Source: Betaproteobacteria bacterium (GTDB lineage Bacteria; Bacillota; UBA5301; DYFA01). Taken from it: 64,000 nucleotides of DNA. The notes under the pieces are model-generated. The model saw only the letters and a list, made by a program, of their open reading frames with translations. It was not told where the DNA came from and did not search any database. The position numbers and the translations under genes were made by a program. This document shows positions 61,944-64,000 of this stretch, in pieces (the first letter of the stretch is position 1; each line of letters opens with the position of its first letter). Location of the stretch: contig JBLNCL010000016.1 in NCBI GenBank assembly GCA_050260635.1, forward strand, positions 116,809 through 180,808, in the 5' to 3' direction.

Positions 61944-63125
61944 ATGGAGGCGTTGGCGTTTCTCGCCGAGGAGCTGGCGCAACTCAAGGAACAGGGGGTC
62001 TTCCGGCTGCCCCGGGTGCTCGAAGGGGAGCAGCGGGCCCGAGCGGTCTTCGACGGCCGGGAGGTGGTGAACCTCTCCTCCAACAACTACCTCGGCTTGG
62101 CAACCCACCCTAAGCTCCGGGAAGCGGCCATCAAGGCGATCGAACAGTACGGAGCGGGGTCGGGGGCGGTGCGGACCATCGCCGGGACGATGGCGCTCCA
62201 CCGGGAGCTTGAGGAAAGGCTGGCCAGGTTCAAGAAGACCGAGGCGGCCCTGGTCTTTCAGTCCGGCTTCACGGCCAACGCCGGGACTGTTTCAGCCATC
62301 CTCGGCAAGGAGGACCTGATCGTCTCGGACCAGCTCAATCACGCCTCGATCATCGACGGGGCCCGGCTCTCCAAGGCCACCATAAGAGTATATCCGCACT
62401 CCGACATGGCCGGACTCAGCCAGGCTCTTGAAGAGGCGCAGGGGAAGGGGTTCCGCCGGACGCTGGTGATCACCGACGGAGTCTTCTCGATGGACGGGGA
62501 CGTGGCGCCCCTGCCGGAGGTGGTCCAAATCGCCCGGGAGTTCGGGGCCATCACTATGGTGGACGACGCCCACGCCAGCGGGGTCTTGGGCCGGAACGGG
62601 CGGGGGACGGTGGACCACTTCGGACTTCACGGCCAGGTGGACATCCAGGTCGGCACGCTCTCCAAGGCGGTCGGGGTACTGGGCGGCTATGTCGCCGGGA
62701 GCCGGACGCTAATCGAATATCTCCTCCAGCGGGGCCGGCCGATCCTCTTTTCGACCTCCCATCCCCCGGCGGTGACGGCGGCCTGCATTGCTGCGATCGA
62801 CCTTCTGGAACAGGACACCTCCCTGCTCGACCGCCTCTGGGAGAATACCCGTTTCTTCAAACAGGGGTTACAGAACCTGGGCTTCGACACGGGGGCCTCC
62901 GAGACGCCCATTACCCCGGTGATTGTCGGTGACGGGGCGCTGGCGATGAAGCTCAGCGATCGTCTCTTCGCCGAGGGGGTCTTCGCCCAGGGGATCGCCT
63001 ATCCCACCGTGCCGAAGGACAAGGCGCGGGTCCGGACCATCGTTACCGCCGGCCACACGAAGGAGGATCTCCAGTTCGCCTTGGATGTTTTCGCCAAGGT
63101 CGGGCGCGAGATGGGGATCATCTAG
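61944..63125 (+). CDS. kbl: Glycine C-acetyltransferase (2-amino-3-ketobutyrate CoA ligase)
   Basis: 393 aa alpha-oxoamine synthase with PLP lysine in GTLSKAVG. Follows tdh. Confidence 0.92.
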   Translation: MEALAFLAEELAQLKEQGVFRLPRVLEGEQRARAVFDGREVVNLSSNNYLGLATHPKLREAAIKAIEQYGAGSGAVRTIAGTMALHRELEERLARFKKTEAALVFQSGFTANAGTVSAILGKEDLIVSDQLNHASIIDGARLSKATIRVYPHSDMAGLSQALEEAQGKGFRRTLVITDGVFSMDGDVAPLPEVVQIAREFGAITMVDDAHASGVLGRNGRGTVDHFGLHGQVDIQVGTLSKAVGVLGGYVAGSRTLIEYLLQRGRPILFSTSHPPAVTAACIAAIDLLEQDTSLLDRLWENTRFFKQGLQNLGFDTGASETPITPVIVGDGALAMKLSDRLFAEGVFAQGIAYPTVPKDKARVRTIVTAGHTKEDLQFALDVFAKVGREMGII

Positions 63126-63165
63126 CCGGACGGGACATGGGGCTGCCCCGACCATCGGGGCTGGT

Positions 63166-63447
63166 TCAGCCGGCCGTGTCGAGCCGGTAGACGAAGGCGA
63201 GGACGGCCGCCACTGCCTTATACAGCTCGGGCGGAATCTCGGACTCCAGGCCGAGGCGGAGCAAGGCTTCCACCAGCGGGGGATCTTCGTAGATGGGGAT
63301 GCCGAGTTGGCGGGCCCGGGTGAGCAGGCGCTCGGCCACATACCTTTCTCCTTTGGCCAACAGGCGCGGGGCCTGGTCCTGCTGCGGATCGTAGCGCAGG
63401 GCGGCGGCCTTCTTCCTTTCCTTGGGGGATGATGGGCGTTTCTCCAT
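63166..63447 (-). CDS. FlhB C-terminal-domain-like protein (YlqH/EscU-YscU-HrcU family)
   Basis: 93 aa. AAALRYDPQQDQAPRLLAKGERYVAERLLTRARQLGIPIYEDPPLVEAL...AVAAVLAFVY. Confidence 0.8.
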   Translation of the reverse strand: MEKRPSSPKERKKAAALRYDPQQDQAPRLLAKGERYVAERLLTRARQLGIPIYEDPPLVEALLRLGLESEIPPELYKAVAAVLAFVYRLDTAG

Positions 63448-63465
63448 GCGGCGCTCACTCGCTTC

Positions 63466-64000
63466 TCACAGGCGCAAGTCAATGACGCTCAGGCGGACGG
63501 GCGGTCCGCCACCGGTATCGGGTGGCAGTGAGGCTGGGAGCAGGGAGTAGCTGACCCTCCCCAGGCGCAGGCCGGCGGCCCTCAGAATATCCCGCAACTC
63601 TGGCTCATGCGCCCGGAAGAGGGCGAGAACTGGCTCAGCGCTGAGGTACAGGTGGGCCTCGGAGGTCCCCTTCAGGCGCAGGGCCAGGTCCACCCGGACC
63701 GGCCCCAGGGTGGCCGTGCTTAGGCGGCAACTGACCCGCAGCGCCGCCGGCCGTAGGGGACTGGATCGTTTCCGGCTTCCGCCCTCCCGGTAGAGCTTGA
63801 TCTCTGCAGTGTGGCACCGCTCTCCCACCTCCAGCGGAATCTGCAGATACAGCTCCAGCCGTTCCTGACCCTGCCCGGCCAAGGAGGGGGCGAGGAGCCG
63901 CTGACCGGTGAGGTTGTGGAGGGCTTCATCCACCACGGCGGCCAGGCGTCTGAGGTTAGCGCCAGCCTGGCCCGGCTGGCCGGGGTTTGGCGCGGCCAGA
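63466..64000 (-). CDS. FliK-like (Flg_hook domain) protein, C-terminal part; ORF is open to the right edge
   Basis: LGPVRVDLALRLKGTSEAHLYLSAEPVLALFRAHEPELRDILRAAGLRLGRV matches the hook-length-control C-terminal pattern. I found no stop in frame between 63937 and 64000. Confidence 0.55.
   Translation of the reverse strand, partial: LAAPNPGQPGQAGANLRRLAAVVDEALHNLTGQRLLAPSLAGQGQERLELYLQIPLEVGERCHTAEIKLYREGGSRKRSSPLRPAALRVSCRLSTATLGPVRVDLALRLKGTSEAHLYLSAEPVLALFRAHEPELRDILRAAGLRLGRVSYSLLPASLPPDTGGGPPVRLSVIDLRL

Overview
High-GC chromosomal segment with a Firmicutes/Clostridia-type housekeeping backbone, almost all on the + strand: argS, pyrG, fba, rho, rpmE, dusB, greA-lysS, ychF, pdxST, glyA, serS with tRNA-Ser, and tdh-kbl. 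The organism looks like an anaerobe, probably a thermophile. Accessory modules are interleaved with the backbone. They include a Fe-siderophore/B12-type ABC importer at the left edge and an archaeal-style polyamine operon (pdaD-speE-speB). Energy metabolism is represented by a Tat-exported [NiFe]-hydrogenase with cytochrome b, a single-chain PFOR, a four-subunit 2-oxoacid:ferredoxin oxidoreductase and three multihaem c-type cytochromes. Other modules are an MNT/HepT toxin-antitoxin pair plus a HepT relic, an SdpR/SdpI-like immunity pair with a decayed CPBP protease, two ABC-2 exporters (one with HlyD and two TolC-like genes), two predicted beta-barrel proteins, three tRNAs, an orphan histidine kinase, and an FlhB-like/FliK-like pair at the right edge. 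No CRISPR array, transposase, integrase or rRNA was seen. The most unusual items are listed here. (1) A zinc-ribbon ORF and a nonahaem cytochrome sit in one reading frame, split only by a single UGA. (2) A decahaem cytochrome is built from two tandem pentahaem modules. (3) The [NiFe]-hydrogenase departs from several near-universal motifs and has no maturation protease next to it. (4) A desulfoferrodoxin has lost the middle of its SOR domain. (5) Rho carries a ~170-residue Pro/Ala/Arg-rich insertion. (6) Outer-membrane hallmarks occur in a Firmicutes-like context. Several 5' ends show a well-placed SD plus start codon that is out of frame with the conserved protein (lysS, dfx-like, CPBP relic). 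Small assembly indels are therefore a real alternative to biology at those sites. All calls come from reading the ORF track and the DNA by eye; no searches were run.
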